Source of the DNA: Gammaproteobacteria bacterium
GTDB taxonomy: Bacteria > Pseudomonadota > Gammaproteobacteria > Steroidobacterales > UBA11654
Assembly: GCA_012965065.1 (NCBI GenBank)
Contig: DTSX01000111.1
Coordinates: 634-64,633 of the forward strand
Length of the DNA: 64,000 nucleotides
Direction: 5' to 3'
The notes beneath the pieces are model-generated. The model worked only from the letters and a program-made list of their open reading frames with translations. It was not told where the DNA came from and ran no database searches. Positions 10,945-22,008 of the stretch are shown one piece after another. The translations under genes and the position numbers were made by a program. How positions within the stretch are numbered: the stretch's first letter is position 1; the number at the start of each line of letters is the position of its first letter.

Positions 10945-13900
10945 ATGAGAAACCTACTAAATATTTTCAAACCAAAAGACCAAACCCAAACTTTTGACGC
11001 TATAAAAATCGGCCTAGCTTCTCCAGAAATGATCAGATCTTGGTCATATGGGGAAGTAAAAAAGCCCGAGACGATTAATTACAGAACTTTTAGACCAGAA
11101 AGAGACGGTTTATTTTGTGCAAAAATTTTTGGACCCGTTAAAGATTATGAATGTTTATGTGGTAAATACAAGAGACTCAAACATAGAGGAGTTGTCTGTG
11201 AGAAATGCGGTGTAGAAGTTACTCAGAGCAAAGTGAGAAGGGAGCGAATGGGCCATCTGGAATTGGCTAGTCCAGTTGCGCATATCTGGTTTTTAAAATC
11301 TTTACCGTCGAGAATTGGTTTGTTGCTGGATATGACATTACGTGAACTTGAACGGGTTTTATACTTTGAAGCATATCTGGTAGTTGATCCGGGAATGACC
11401 ACCCTCAAGAAGGGTCAGTTGCTTTCGGAAGAAGAGTATATTGAAGCTTTGGAAGAGTTTGGAAATGATTTTGATGCTCTCATGGGAGCAGAGGCAATCC
11501 ACAGTGTTCTCAAAGATGTAAAACTTGATGATCTTTTAGATAGTATTCACCAGGATATGGGTGCTACCGCATCTCAAATTAAACTTAAACGTCTTACCAA
11601 GAGATTAAAATTGGCTGAATCATTATTAAAATCAGGAAACAGACCAGAATGGATGATTTTGAAAGTCTTGCCGGTTCTACCTCCAGATCTTAGACCACTT
11701 GTACCTCTAGATGGAGGCAGATTTGCAACATCGGATCTTAATGATCTTTATAGGCGTGTTATAAATAGAAATAACAGACTGCAAAGATTGTTGGAATTAA
11801 ATGCCCCAGAAATTATCGTTCGTAATGAAAAAAGGATGCTGCAAAAATCAGTAGATGCATTGCTTGATAATGGGAGAATGGGTAGAGCAATAACTGGATC
11901 TAATAGACGCCCGCTCAAATCGCTAGCTGATATGATTAAAGGCAAACAAGGTCGATTCAGGCAAAACTTGTTAGGTAAGCGTGTTGACTATTCTGGACGT
12001 TCCGTAATAGTTGTTGGACCCACCTTAAAACTACACCAATGTGGCATTCCAAAGAAAATGGCACTTGAACTTTTTAAACCATTTGTTTTTAGTAAATTAA
12101 TTTATCAAGGAGAAGCAGGAACAATAAAAGCGGCAAAGCGACTTGCTGAGGCTGAAGGCCCAGAAATCTGGGATATTCTAGAAGATGTAATACGTGAACA
12201 TCCTGTTTTACTAAATCGTGCACCCACTCTGCATAGACTTGGCATCCAGGCTTTTGAACCGGTGTTGATTGAAGGCAAAGCGATTCAGTTACATCCCTTA
12301 GTTTGTAAAGCCTTTAATGCAGATTTTGATGGCGACCAAATGGCGGTCCACGTCCCGTTATCAATTGAAGCTCAACTTGAGTCTCGCGCTTTAATGATGT
12401 CTTCCAACAATATTTTATCACCTGCTAATGGTGAACCAATTATCGTCCCATCCCAAGATGTTGTTCTTGGTTTGTATTATATGACTCGAGAGAGGATTAA
12501 TGATCTAGGCGAAGGGCATATTTTCACAGATGTCACAGAACTTCAAAGAGCTTATGATGGTGGATATGTAGGCTTACAAGCAAAAGTAAAACTCAGAATT
12601 CTAAGAAATACAGAACCTGAAGATGAATCTAATGTAACTCACGAGTTGGTAGAAACAACCGTTGGTAGAGGTTTACTTTCAACAATCATGCCACCAGAAC
12701 TCCCGTACTCAGCGATTAATCAAACTATGGATAGTAAACTTATAACTCAACTGATTAATAAATGTTATAGAGATGTTGGCTTAAAAGCAGCAGTAATTTT
12801 TGCTGATAAACTTATGTATATGGGCTTTGAGCATGCAACAAAGGCGGCGGTTTCAATATCTATTGACGATATGGAAGTGCCAGAAAAGAAGGAGGAAATA
12901 CTTGCAACAGCTGAGCGACAGGTGAAAAATATTCAGAATCAATTCTCTTCGGGACTACTTACCCAAGGGGAAAGATACAATAAAGTTGTCGATATTTGGT
13001 CTAGAACAAATGATCTAATTGCTAATGCAATGATGGAGAAACTAGGTCAGGAAGAAGTTGAAGACCAAGCTGGAAATAAAAAAATCCAACCTTCTTTTAA
13101 TTCCATTTTTATGATGGCAGATTCTGGAGCAAGAGGTTCAGCCGCTCAGATCAGGCAGCTCGCAGGCATGAGAGGGTTGATGGCTAAACCAGATGGTTCA
13201 ATCATTGAAACGCCAATAACCGCAAATTTCAGAGAGGGATTAAATGTTCTCCAGTACTTTATTTCAACTCATGGTGCTAGGAAAGGTCTCGCAGATACGG
13301 CATTAAAGACAGCTAATTCTGGTTATTTGACGAGAAGACTAGTTGATGTTTCACAAGATTTAGTTGTTACTGAGGATGATTGCGGGACAACTAAAGGGCT
13401 AACAGTTTCAACCATTGTTGAGGGCGGTTCAATTGTTCAGGGACTTGGTGATCGCATACTTGGTAGGTTTATTGCTGAACCTTTAATAGATCGTGAAAAA
13501 AATGAAATTCTTCTCGAATCAGGAACACTAATTGATGAAAAAAATGTCCATTTGTTAGAACTTCATGGAATAGAAACGATATCAGTCAGGTCTCCAGTAA
13601 CATGCGAAACAAAACATGGAATTTGTATTTCATGTTATGGAAGGGATCTAGGACGTGGCAATATTGTTAACAAAGGAGAGGCAGTTGGCATTATTGCAGC
13701 TCAATCTATTGGAGAACCAGGAACCCAGCTGACTATGAGAACTTTCCACATTGGAGGAGCAGCTTCAAGTTCTGCAGCTGTTAACAGTATCGAAGTAAAA
13801 AACGATGGAAAAATCCATCTCTATAATATCAAAACCATTAAAAGCAAAGATAAAAATTTGGTTGCTGTTAGTAGATCAGGAGAAATTTCAGTAACTGACA

Positions 13901-15135
13901 AATATGGTAAAGAAAAAGAACGGTACAAGGTCCCCTATGGGGCAAGAATCACCACTAAGGATGGCCAAAAAGTAAAAAGGGGTCAAATTATTTCCACTTG
14001 GGATCCTCACACTCATCCAATTGTTGCAGAAGCAGCTGGAATTATTGGATTTGAAGATTTTATTGATGGTGTCACTGTTACAGAACAAGTAGATGACCTC
14101 ACTGGAATAAACAATACTTTAATTATGGATTCACAGAAACAATCTGCTAAAAGTAAAGAATTAAGACCGAGAGCAAGATTGCAAAATGCGAAGGGGAAAC
14201 CAATATTTTTTAGTGGTACTGAGACGCCCATAATTTATGCGTTTCCATCTGGAGCAATTATTAGGGCAACTGACGGTGCAAAAATAAATGCAGGCGATGT
14301 GATTGCAAGAATACCATTGGAATCTTCCAAAACAATCGATATAACAGGAGGTTTGCCTAGAGTGGCAGATTTATTTGAAGCAAGAAAACCAAAAGACGCT
14401 GCAATCCTGGCGAAATACAGTGGTATAACAAGTTTTGGCAGAGAAACAAAAGGAAAAGTTAGACTCGTAATAACCACTGAAGATGGCGATGTCCATGAAG
14501 AGCTTATTCTTAAAACTCGGAGATTAAATATTTATGAGGGTGAAAGCATAGCAAAAGGGGAAATCATAGCCGATGGTGAATTAAGCTTGCACGACATACT
14601 TGAAATACAAGGTGTACAAGCACTTTCAGAGTATTTAGTTAAGGAAGTTCAAGATGTTTATAGATTACAAGGGGTACCAATTAACGACAAACATATTGAA
14701 GTTATTATCAGACAAATGATGAGAGTAGTGGAAGTTGAAAATCCAGGCGATACTGCATTTCTAAATAAAGAGCAAATTAACAAATCTGATCTGTTGGTAG
14801 TTAATGAAACAATGCAAGCAGAAGATCTGGAACCTGCTACTTACAGACCTATTCTCATGGGGATTACCAAAGCTTCTTTGGCAACTACATCTTTTATATC
14901 AGCTGCATCGTTCCAGGAAACGACCAGAGTATTAACTGAAGCTGCAGTAAGAGGCAGCGTGGATAAATTAAGAGGGTTAAAAGAGAATGTTGTTGTTGGC
15001 AGGTTGGTTCCAGCCGGAACAGGATTTGAGCCTGCAATTGATGAAACAGCGATCGCTGAAGAAGAGTTCTCCAAAGGCTTAAGAGATTTGGACGAGTCTC
15101 CAGATCAAGATCTAAATCAAATGGGAGCCCAATAA
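10945..15135 (+). CDS. rpoC: DNA-directed RNA polymerase subunit beta'
   Basis: 1396 aa with a Zn-finger region ([23 protein letters not shown]) and the catalytic [12 protein letters not shown] motif. Confidence 0.99.
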   Translation: MRNLLNIFKPKDQTQTFDAIKIGLASPEMIRSWSYGEVKKPETINYRTFRPERDGLFCAKIFGPVKDYECLCGKYKRLKHRGVVCEKCGVEVTQSKVRRERMGHLELASPVAHIWFLKSLPSRIGLLLDMTLRELERVLYFEAYLVVDPGMTTLKKGQLLSEEEYIEALEEFGNDFDALMGAEAIHSVLKDVKLDDLLDSIHQDMGATASQIKLKRLTKRLKLAESLLKSGNRPEWMILKVLPVLPPDLRPLVPLDGGRFATSDLNDLYRRVINRNNRLQRLLELNAPEIIVRNEKRMLQKSVDALLDNGRMGRAITGSNRRPLKSLADMIKGKQGRFRQNLLGKRVDYSGRSVIVVGPTLKLHQCGIPKKMALELFKPFVFSKLIYQGEAGTIKAAKRLAEAEGPEIWDILEDVIREHPVLLNRAPTLHRLGIQAFEPVLIEGKAIQLHPLVCKAFNADFDGDQMAVHVPLSIEAQLESRALMMSSNNILSPANGEPIIVPSQDVVLGLYYMTRERINDLGEGHIFTDVTELQRAYDGGYVGLQAKVKLRILRNTEPEDESNVTHELVETTVGRGLLSTIMPPELPYSAINQTMDSKLITQLINKCYRDVGLKAAVIFADKLMYMGFEHATKAAVSISIDDMEVPEKKEEILATAERQVKNIQNQFSSGLLTQGERYNKVVDIWSRTNDLIANAMMEKLGQEEVEDQAGNKKIQPSFNSIFMMADSGARGSAAQIRQLAGMRGLMAKPDGSIIETPITANFREGLNVLQYFISTHGARKGLADTALKTANSGYLTRRLVDVSQDLVVTEDDCGTTKGLTVSTIVEGGSIVQGLGDRILGRFIAEPLIDREKNEILLESGTLIDEKNVHLLELHGIETISVRSPVTCETKHGICISCYGRDLGRGNIVNKGEAVGIIAAQSIGEPGTQLTMRTFHIGGAASSSAAVNSIEVKNDGKIHLYNIKTIKSKDKNLVAVSRSGEISVTDKYGKEKERYKVPYGARITTKDGQKVKRGQIISTWDPHTHPIVAEAAGIIGFEDFIDGVTVTEQVDDLTGINNTLIMDSQKQSAKSKELRPRARLQNAKGKPIFFSGTETPIIYAFPSGAIIRATDGAKINAGDVIARIPLESSKTIDITGGLPRVADLFEARKPKDAAILAKYSGITSFGRETKGKVRLVITTEDGDVHEELILKTRRLNIYEGESIAKGEIIADGELSLHDILEIQGVQALSEYLVKEVQDVYRLQGVPINDKHIEVIIRQMMRVVEVENPGDTAFLNKEQINKSDLLVVNETMQAEDLEPATYRPILMGITKASLATTSFISAASFQETTRVLTEAAVRGSVDKLRGLKENVVVGRLVPAGTGFEPAIDETAIAEEEFSKGLRDLDESPDQDLNQMGAQ

Positions 15136-15149
15136 GCTGATGAAATAAC

Positions 15150-15179
15150 TTGACAGCTTTTTGTAGACAGGAATAGAAT
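15150..15179 (+). promoter_or_regulatory. Candidate promoter upstream of rpsL (TTGACA-18 nt-TAGAAT)
   Basis: A perfect -35 hexamer at 15150-15155 and TAGAAT at 15174-15179, inside the 75-nt rpoC-rpsL spacer. Confidence 0.4.
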
Positions 15180-15210
15180 CCAGAACAATTTATTTAAGAT
15201 ATAAGCAATT

Positions 15211-15585
15211 ATGACAACGATTAATCAACTTGTAAGAAAACCTAGGAAGAGGAAAGTGGATAAAAACACTGTGCCTGCCCTAGAAGGGAAGCCTCAAAAA
15301 CGGGGAGTGTGCACTCGTGTCTACACGACCACACCAAAAAAACCAAATTCTGCCTTACGAAAAGTTGCAAGAGTCAGGTTAACCAATGGTTATGAGGTTA
15401 CCAGCTACATAGGTGGTGAGGGTCATAATCTTCAGGAGCATTCGGTGGTTTTAATAAGAGGTGGCAGAGTCAAAGATTTACCAGGTGTTCGATATCATGT
15501 AATTAGAGGCACTCTGGATTGTTCTGGAGTTAATGACAGAAAACACTCCAGATCAAAATATGGGGCTAAGAAGCCCAGGAACTAA
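15211..15585 (+). CDS. rpsL: 30S ribosomal protein S12
   Basis: 124 aa with [11 protein letters not shown] at the N-terminus and [16 protein letters not shown]. Confidence 0.98.
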   Translation: MTTINQLVRKPRKRKVDKNTVPALEGKPQKRGVCTRVYTTTPKKPNSALRKVARVRLTNGYEVTSYIGGEGHNLQEHSVVLIRGGRVKDLPGVRYHVIRGTLDCSGVNDRKHSRSKYGAKKPRN

Positions 15586-15587
15586 TT

Positions 15588-16067
15588 ATGTCAAGAAGAA
15601 AAAGAGCTGATAAAAGAGAAATATTGCCTGAGCCGAAGTATTCAAGTCGGTTGTTGGCAAAATTTATAAATGTGGTCATGAGAGATGGCAAGAAATCTAT
15701 TGCAGAAACCATTGTCTATGATGCATTGGAAACATTGGTTCAAAAACTTGGGCAACCACTTGAAAAGGCACCAGAATTATTTGCAGAAGTCCTAGAGAAA
15801 CTTAAACCGGTTGTTGAAGTCAGATCGAGGAGAGTTGGAGGTGCCACATACCAAATTCCAGTCGAAGTTAGGCATGAGAGAAGAGAAGCCTTGGCCATGA
15901 GATGGCTTATAGAAGCAGCTCGTTCCAGAAGTGAAAAAAACATGAAAACCAAACTTGCCAATGAACTCTTGGATGCCTCTAATAATCGTGGAATTACGAT
16001 CAAAAAGAAAGAAGAGACTCACAGAATGGCAGAAGCAAACAAGGCGTTTTCCCATTACCGTTGGTAA
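15588..16067 (+). CDS. rpsG: 30S ribosomal protein S7
   Basis: 159 aa with MSRRKRA...[10 protein letters not shown]7-like throughout. Starts 2 nt after rpsL. Confidence 0.97.
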   Translation: MSRRKRADKREILPEPKYSSRLLAKFINVVMRDGKKSIAETIVYDALETLVQKLGQPLEKAPELFAEVLEKLKPVVEVRSRRVGGATYQIPVEVRHERREALAMRWLIEAARSRSEKNMKTKLANELLDASNNRGITIKKKEETHRMAEANKAFSHYRW

Positions 16068-16100
16068 GTGCTGAATAATCAAGAACTCAGGAAGCAAGTT

Positions 16101-18194
16101 GTGGCAAGAAAGACACCAATAGAGAGATACAGAAATATCGGTATTATGGCTCACATAGATGCCGGAAAAACTACAACTACCGAAAGAGTTCTGTTCTATA
16201 CCGGTATTTCTCACAAGATAGGTGAAGTACATCACGGTAATGCCGTAATGGACTGGATGGAGCAAGAACAGGAAAGAGGTATTACAATTACTTCAGCTGC
16301 AACCACATGTTTTTGGCAAGGAATGGATCAACAATATGATCAGCACCGAATCAATATAATCGACACGCCTGGGCATGTTGATTTTACTATTGAAGTTGAG
16401 AGATCTCTTCGAGTCTTAGATAGTGCAATTGCGGTTTTTTGCGCAGTCGGAGGAGTTGAGCCTCAATCTGAAACAGTCTGGAGACAAGCTAACAAATACT
16501 CAGTCCCAAGGTTAGCTTTTGTTAATAAAATGGATAGAGCTGGTGCTGATTTTTTAAGAGTAGTTGAGCAAATTAAGCAACGTTTGGGATCCAACCCAGT
16601 TCCAGTCCAGCTTCCTCTTGGCTCAGAAGATAATTTCTCTGGAGTAGTAGATCTAATTAGAATGAAGGCCATAAAATGGAATGATGAAGACCTTGGGGTA
16701 ACTTATGTTGAAGAAGATGTACCAGAAAATATGACTGCTATTTGCAAAGTCTGGCGTGACAAGATGATCGAGTCAGCTGCAGAAGCATCAGAGGAAATTC
16801 TTGATCATTATTTAGAAAACGGGGATTTAGACCTAAATCAAATCATAACTGGTCTTAGGACTCGAACATTAAGTGGTGAAATAGTTCCAGTAATTTGTGG
16901 ATCTGCTTTTAAAAACAAGGGTATCCAAGCAATGTTGGATGCCGTAATTGAATTTTTGCCTTCACCCGTAGATAAACCAGCCATCACTGGTATTCTTGAA
17001 GATGGATCTAAAAGCACTAGAAGAGCAGATGATAGTGAAAACTTTTCAGCATTGGCGTTTAAAATAGCCAATGATCCATATGTCGGTAATCTCACATTTT
17101 TTAGAGTTTATTCTGGGGTCTTGCGTTCAGGGGATACAATATACAATCCTTTGAAATTTCAAAAAGAAAGAATCGGAAGAATCCTTCAAATGCACGCAAA
17201 TTCAAGAGAAGAAATTAAGGAGGTCAGGGCAGGTGATATTGCTGCTGCTGTTGGGTTGAAAAATGTTACCACGGGCGATACTTTGTCAGATCGAAAGAAT
17301 ATAATTACTTTGGAAAAAATAGAATTTCCAGATCCCGTTATTTCTGTTGCCCTAGAACCTAAATCAACTGAAGACGAATCCAAGATGAGTATTGGACTTC
17401 AAAAGTTGGCAAAAGAGGACCCTTCATTCAAGGTTGCAACTGATGAAGAGTCAGGCCAGACAATTATCTCAGGAATGGGAGAACTACATCTGGATATTAT
17501 AGTTGACAGACTATCCCGTGAATTTAAGGTTGGAGCAAATATAGGAAGGCCCCAGGTTGCTTACAGAGAAACAATTAGAAAATCTGTTAATCAGGAAGCG
17601 AAATTTGTTCGACAAACGGGTGGCCGTGGCCAATATGGGCATGTTTATATCAGAATGGAGCCCCAAAAACCTGGTGAAGGATATGAATTTATTAATGATA
17701 TAAAGGGTGGAGCGATTCCAAAAGAGTTTATACCTGCGGTAAACAAAGGTATCCAAGAGCAAATGACAAATGGAGTTATTACAGGTTTCCCAGTGGTGGA
17801 TGTAAAAGTAAGTTTATATGATGGCTCTTTTCATGCTGTTGATTCTAGCGAAGTTGCCTTTAGAGTTGCTGGCTCTATGGCTTTTAGAGAAGGTGCTTTG
17901 AAAGCCAATCCAGTGCTATTGGAGCCAGTTATGAGCGTAGAAGTTGTAACGCCTGAAAATTATATGGGTGATGTAAACGGTGATTTGAATAGAAGAAGAG
18001 GCATACTGCAAGGCATGGATGAATCACCTGCTGGTAAAATTATAAGGGCCGAGGTGCCGCTTGCTGAAATGTTTGGATATGCCACTGATTTAAGATCAAT
18101 GAGTCAAGGTAGGGCTACCTACACAATGGAATTTTCCAAATACAGTGAAGCACCAAAGAAGCACATTGAAGTATTATCTGGGACAGGAAGTTAA
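16101..18194 (+). CDS. fusA: Elongation factor G
   Basis: Contains [12 protein letters not shown] and DTPGHVDF motifs. The ORF track starts at the GTG at 16068, but the GTG at 16101 gives the canonical [16 protein letters not shown]-terminus and has AGGAAG 7 nt upstream. The start is therefore ambiguous (16068 or 16101). Confidence 0.95.
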   Translation: MARKTPIERYRNIGIMAHIDAGKTTTTERVLFYTGISHKIGEVHHGNAVMDWMEQEQERGITITSAATTCFWQGMDQQYDQHRINIIDTPGHVDFTIEVERSLRVLDSAIAVFCAVGGVEPQSETVWRQANKYSVPRLAFVNKMDRAGADFLRVVEQIKQRLGSNPVPVQLPLGSEDNFSGVVDLIRMKAIKWNDEDLGVTYVEEDVPENMTAICKVWRDKMIESAAEASEEILDHYLENGDLDLNQIITGLRTRTLSGEIVPVICGSAFKNKGIQAMLDAVIEFLPSPVDKPAITGILEDGSKSTRRADDSENFSALAFKIANDPYVGNLTFFRVYSGVLRSGDTIYNPLKFQKERIGRILQMHANSREEIKEVRAGDIAAAVGLKNVTTGDTLSDRKNIITLEKIEFPDPVISVALEPKSTEDESKMSIGLQKLAKEDPSFKVATDEESGQTIISGMGELHLDIIVDRLSREFKVGANIGRPQVAYRETIRKSVNQEAKFVRQTGGRGQYGHVYIRMEPQKPGEGYEFINDIKGGAIPKEFIPAVNKGIQEQMTNGVITGFPVVDVKVSLYDGSFHAVDSSEVAFRVAGSMAFREGALKANPVLLEPVMSVEVVTPENYMGDVNGDLNRRRGILQGMDESPAGKIIRAEVPLAEMFGYATDLRSMSQGRATYTMEFSKYSEAPKKHIEVLSGTGS

Positions 18195-18196
18195 TC

Positions 18197-18511
18197 ATGG
18201 CAAATACTCAGTCAATTAGAATCAGATTAAAATCATTCGATCACAAGCTGATTGATACCTCTACTGCAGAAATAGTTGAAACGGTGAAAAGAACGGGTTC
18301 TGCTATCTCTGGCCCAATACCTCTGCCTACTTCAAGGGAGAGGTTTACATTGCTGATATCGCCACATGTAAACAAAGATGCCAGAGATCAATATGAGCTC
18401 ACAACTCATAAGCGAGTGATGGAAATCATTAATCCAAATGATAAAACCGTGGATGCTCTGATGAAGCTTGAATTACCTGCTGGTGTTGATGTTCAAATAA
18501 AATTGAACTGA
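18197..18511 (+). CDS. rpsJ: 30S ribosomal protein S10
   Basis: 104 aa with [16 protein letters not shown]...ISGPIPLPT. Starts 2 nt after the fusA stop. Confidence 0.98.
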   Translation: MANTQSIRIRLKSFDHKLIDTSTAEIVETVKRTGSAISGPIPLPTSRERFTLLISPHVNKDARDQYELTTHKRVMEIINPNDKTVDALMKLELPAGVDVQIKLN

Positions 18512-18530
18512 TATTAAAAATTGATATAAT
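18503..18530 (+). promoter_or_regulatory. Candidate promoter at the rpsJ 3' end (TTGAAC-16 nt-TATAAT)
   Basis: TTGAAC at 18503-18508 and a consensus TATAAT at 18525-18530. It would drive a leader of about 210 nt ahead of rplC. Based on hexamer evidence only. Confidence 0.3.
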
Positions 18531-18746
18531 TCCCCAACGATTTCAGCCTATAAATTGAAAAGAATTGTAGGCCTGTTTGGGTGAGTTTCATACTTGCAGG
18601 CGTGCGTACCATTCGTTAGCTTAGTTTGTAATTGTTTTATTTGTTGTAAACCTTTGTAAAACAATAACTTAGTTAAATTAGGAATCAAATTATTTGAATG
18701 GAAGATAAGATTATAAACAAGGACAAAATTTTTGTAAAAAATCAGA

Positions 18747-19604
18747 ATGATTGGGATCATTGGAAAAAAATGCGGGATGACAAGAGTTTTTACGGACGAT
18801 GGAAAGTCTGTACCGGTTACTATTATCCAAGCACATCCCAACCAGATAAATAGAATTAAAACACTAGAATCGGATGGCTATAATGCTATCCAAGTTACCA
18901 CAAACCAAGCATCTTCAAAGATAACCAAACCGGTACAGGGGCAATTCAGCAAGAGTAATATTACCCCAAGAGCCACACTCCACGAGTTTCGAGTTGATGA
19001 TCATGAATTAGAGCAAGTTGAAACTGGTAAAGAAATTAAAGTTAATTACTTCAACAAAGGTGAGCGGGTTGATGTTGTTGGTAAGACTATCGGCAAAGGA
19101 TTTGCAGGGGTAATAAAAAGACATAATTTCAGCATGCAAGATGCCACACACGGTAATTCTCTTGCACACAGGGCACCAGGGTCAATTGGCCAAAACCAAA
19201 CTCCCGGAAGAGTATTCAAAGGCAAAAAAATGGCAGGGCACATGGGTAATGTTAGAAGAACAATACAGAATCTTGAAGTTATTGAAATTGATGAAGAGAG
19301 AAATCTATTGTTTATCAAAGGCTCTGTATCTGGACATGTAAATTCTGATTTGATTGTTACCCCGGCAACAAAATCAAAAAAGATCGACAGAGAAATTTTT
19401 GGGACATTAGATCAAGAAGACCAGCCAGAAATCCCAGAAACATCCTCAGAAGCCCAGCCAGAAACTCCAGAAACATCCTCAGAAGCCCAGCCAGAAACTC
19501 CAGAAACATCCTCAGAAGCCCAGCCAGAAATTGTAGAAAACAGATCCAAATCTGAGCAAAAGCAGTCCATTGATTCGGATCAAGTAGATAGTGAACAGGC
19601 CTGA
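18747..19604 (+). CDS. rplC: 50S ribosomal protein L3 with a 75-aa acidic repeat-containing C-terminal extension
   Basis: Canonical N-terminus MIGIIGKKCGMTRVF. The L3 body ends near aa 210 (SDLIVTPATKS), and the ORF then continues to 285 aa. Confidence 0.95.
   Translation: MIGIIGKKCGMTRVFTDDGKSVPVTIIQAHPNQINRIKTLESDGYNAIQVTTNQASSKITKPVQGQFSKSNITPRATLHEFRVDDHELEQVETGKEIKVNYFNKGERVDVVGKTIGKGFAGVIKRHNFSMQDATHGNSLAHRAPGSIGQNQTPGRVFKGKKMAGHMGNVRRTIQNLEVIEIDEERNLLFIKGSVSGHVNSDLIVTPATKSKKIDREIFGTLDQEDQPEIPETSSEAQPETPETSSEAQPETPETSSEAQPEIVENRSKSEQKQSIDSDQVDSEQA
19434..19532 (+). repeat. 3 x 33-nt direct tandem repeat inside rplC (encodes PETSSEAQPET units)
   Basis: ccagaaacatcctcagaagcccagccagaaact occurs at 19434-19466 and, identically, at 19467-19499. 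The third copy at 19500-19532 has one substitution (ends att). Confidence 0.95.
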
Positions 19605-19609
19605 TTACT

Positions 19610-20227
19610 ATGAAAATTGATCTTATAAGTCAGAATAAAGAGAAGATAAAGAATATTGAGCTATCAAGTTCGATATTTGAAGTGCCTTTCAATGAAACAC
19701 TAATTCATGAAGCGGTTACATCTTATCTCACAAATTCCAGGGCTGGAACCAAAGCTCAAAAAAATAGATCTGCTGCGAGAGGAGGTGGAGCGAAACCCTG
19801 GAAGCAAAAAGGTACTGGAAGGGCTAGAGCAGGAACAATAAGAAGTCCTTTGTGGGTTGGAGGCGGCAAGACATTTGCTGCAACCAATAAAACTTATCAC
19901 AAGAAAATAAATAAAAAGGTTCTCAAGTCTGCATTGAAGTCAATACTTTCAGCCTTAGCAAGAGAAAACAGATTAATAGTTATTGATGAAATTACTATAG
20001 AAGAACCAAAAACTAAATTTATGATTGGTTTATTAGAAAAATTGGAATTGGAAAACGTTTTAATCATTCTGAAGGAACTAGAGATAAACATTAAGTTGGC
20101 ATCGAGAAACATACCCAATGTAGAAGTTATTACTCTAGATAAGATGAATCCTGTCAGCCTAATTAAATTTGATTATGTGTTGATGGATTCTAAGGTTCTT
20201 GCAGAGATAGAGAGCACATTGCAATGA
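19610..20227 (+). CDS. rplD: 50S ribosomal protein L4
   Basis: 205 aa with GGGAKPWKQKGTGRARAGTIRSPLWVGGG. Confidence 0.97.
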   Translation: MKIDLISQNKEKIKNIELSSSIFEVPFNETLIHEAVTSYLTNSRAGTKAQKNRSAARGGGAKPWKQKGTGRARAGTIRSPLWVGGGKTFAATNKTYHKKINKKVLKSALKSILSALARENRLIVIDEITIEEPKTKFMIGLLEKLELENVLIILKELEINIKLASRNIPNVEVITLDKMNPVSLIKFDYVLMDSKVLAEIESTLQ

Positions 20228-20535
20228 GCCACAAAATAAGACACGACCAAATTAGATCAGTGCTGATAGCACCTCATATTTCTGAGAAAACAACAAATTT
20301 GAATGAAAAGAATAAACAAATAGCTTTCAGAGTTAGACCAGATTCGAATAAAGCACAAATAAAAAAAGCAGTAGAAAAATTATTTAATGTAAAAGTTTCT
20401 GCAGTGAAGACTGTATCAGTAAAAGGCAAGAAAAAAAGAACTGGCATGAGAACTGGAACAACAAAAGATTGGAAAAAAGCTTACATAATTTTGTCTGAAG
20501 GACAAGATATAGATCTTATGGGAGTTGATGTTTAA
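20224..20535 (+). CDS. rplW: 50S ribosomal protein L23
   Basis: 103 aa with APHISEKTT and [13 protein letters not shown], matching the E. coli L23 pattern. Overlaps rplD by 4 nt. Confidence 0.96.
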   Translation: MSHKIRHDQIRSVLIAPHISEKTTNLNEKNKQIAFRVRPDSNKAQIKKAVEKLFNVKVSAVKTVSVKGKKKRTGMRTGTTKDWKKAYIILSEGQDIDLMGVDV

Positions 20536-20546
20536 TAGGGAAAGTT

Positions 20547-21374
20547 ATGACGTTAATAAAGACAAAACCAACCTCTCCTGGAAGAAGATTTGTTCTAAAT
20601 ATCAAAACAAATAATCTTCATAAAGGTGAACCACATAAGCCTCTTGTTTCAGGACTGAAAAAAACTGGAGGTAGAAATAATTATGGAAGAATGACCACCA
20701 GACATAAAGGTGGAGGACATAAGAGGCTTTATAGAACGATTGATTTTAAGCGAAACAAAGATGACATTCAGGGAAGAATAGAGACAATTGAATACGATCC
20801 CAATAGAAGTGCCCATATTGCATTGGTTTTATATCAAGATGGAGAAAGAAGATACATTATTGCTCCAAAAAAACTCAGTGTTGGAAACACTATTATCTCT
20901 GGAGATAAAGTGTCTTTATCTACTGGCAATAGCATGCTTTTGTTAAACATCCCTATTGGTACCGTTGTGCACTGCATTGAAATGAAACCAGGAAAAGGTG
21001 CACAAATAGCAAGGTCTGCTGGCGCAAGTGCTCAGTTATTAGCAAGAGAGGGTAATTATGCTACTCTCCGCCTAAAATCAGGCGAAGTCAGAAAAGTTTT
21101 AACAGCATGTAGAGCAACTATAGGAGAAGTAGGTCATTCGGAACATAACCTTAGAAAACTTGGTAAAGCTGGTGCTAACAGATGGAGAGGAGTTAGGCCA
21201 ACAGTTAGAGGAGTTGCTATGAACCCAGTTGATCATCCTCATGGAGGAGGAGAAGGGAAAACGTCAGGCGGCAGACATCCAGTTTCACCATGGGGCGTCC
21301 CTACAAAAGGCTATAAAACAAGATCAAATAAAACTACGAATAAATTTATCGTGAGAAAACGAAATAAAAGATAG
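20547..21374 (+). CDS. rplB: 50S ribosomal protein L2
   Basis: 275 aa with [14 protein letters not shown] and [15 protein letters not shown] motifs. Confidence 0.98.
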   Translation: MTLIKTKPTSPGRRFVLNIKTNNLHKGEPHKPLVSGLKKTGGRNNYGRMTTRHKGGGHKRLYRTIDFKRNKDDIQGRIETIEYDPNRSAHIALVLYQDGERRYIIAPKKLSVGNTIISGDKVSLSTGNSMLLLNIPIGTVVHCIEMKPGKGAQIARSAGASAQLLAREGNYATLRLKSGEVRKVLTACRATIGEVGHSEHNLRKLGKAGANRWRGVRPTVRGVAMNPVDHPHGGGEGKTSGGRHPVSPWGVPTKGYKTRSNKTTNKFIVRKRNKR

Positions 21375-21387
21375 TGGATAAATAGAA

Positions 21388-21669
21388 ATGCCAAGATCAA
21401 TAAAAAAGGGACCATTTGTAGATTTACATCTCCAAAAAAAAGTTGATGAAGCAATAGCTCAAGGTGGAAGAGTGAGAATAAAAACTTGGTCAAGAAGGTC
21501 GATGGTTATTCCTGAAATGGTGGGAATGACAATTGCTGTGCATAATGGAAGAGAGCATATTCCAATTCTGATATCTGAAAATATGGTTGGTCATAAATTG
21601 GGAGAGTTTGCACCTACTAGAACGTTCAGAACTCACTCTGGTGACAGGAAAACCAAGGAAAGGTTGTGA
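21388..21669 (+). CDS. rpsS: 30S ribosomal protein S19
   Basis: 93 aa with [12 protein letters not shown] and [11 protein letters not shown]. Confidence 0.98.
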   Translation: MPRSIKKGPFVDLHLQKKVDEAIAQGGRVRIKTWSRRSMVIPEMVGMTIAVHNGREHIPILISENMVGHKLGEFAPTRTFRTHSGDRKTKERL

Positions 21670-21670
21670 T

Positions 21671-22003
21671 ATGAAAGTATCTGCAACATTAAAATATGCC
21701 AGAATTTCTCCACAGAAATGTCGATTAATAATGCATGTAATTAGAGGAAATGAAGTTTTACATGCTTTAAGAACAATAAAATTTATGCCTCAGAAAGCAG
21801 CTAGGATAATAGCTAAGGTTTTGGAATCAGCTGTTGCAAATGCCGAAAATAATTTCGGTGCAGATCTTGATGATTTAAAAATCTCACAAGCATATGCTGA
21901 TCAAGCACCTACTATTAAAAGATTTCGTGCAAGAGCAAGAGGCAGAGGCACCAGAATCCTTAAAAGAAATAGCCACATAACTATAGAACTATCGGACGAT
22001 TAA
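21671..22003 (+). CDS. rplV: 50S ribosomal protein L22
   Basis: The ORF track starts at 21587, inside rpsS. The ATG at 21671 gives a 110-aa L22 ([19 protein letters not shown]), the canonical length, 1 nt after the rpsS stop. Confidence 0.95.
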   Translation: MKVSATLKYARISPQKCRLIMHVIRGNEVLHALRTIKFMPQKAARIIAKVLESAVANAENNFGADLDDLKISQAYADQAPTIKRFRARARGRGTRILKRNSHITIELSDD

Positions 22004-22008
22004 AAATT

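Noticed and set aside
18548-18841. 97-aa minus-strand ORF covering the rpsJ-rplC spacer and the rplC start
   Set aside because: It has AT-driven composition (Phe/Ile/Asn/Leu-rich), no recognisable motif and no ribosome-binding site, and it overlaps the rplC 5' end. The spacer is more plausibly regulatory RNA (see findings).
18698-18853. 51-aa + strand ORF (MEDKIINKDKIFVKNQND...) starting in the spacer and overlapping the rplC start in another frame
   Set aside because: I considered it as a coupling uORF for the SD-less rplC. However, its nearest AGGA is about 13 nt upstream of its ATG, it runs about 100 nt into rplC out of frame, and nothing about the sequence looks conserved or protein-like. 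It is left as a remote possibility only.
21587-21670. N-terminally extended ORF-track starts for rplV (21587), rplF (25489), rpsD (29815), tldD (54811) and rpsI (62089)
   Set aside because: Each extension lies inside the preceding gene. The internal ATG restores the canonical N-terminus and length of the family, so the shorter coordinates were used.
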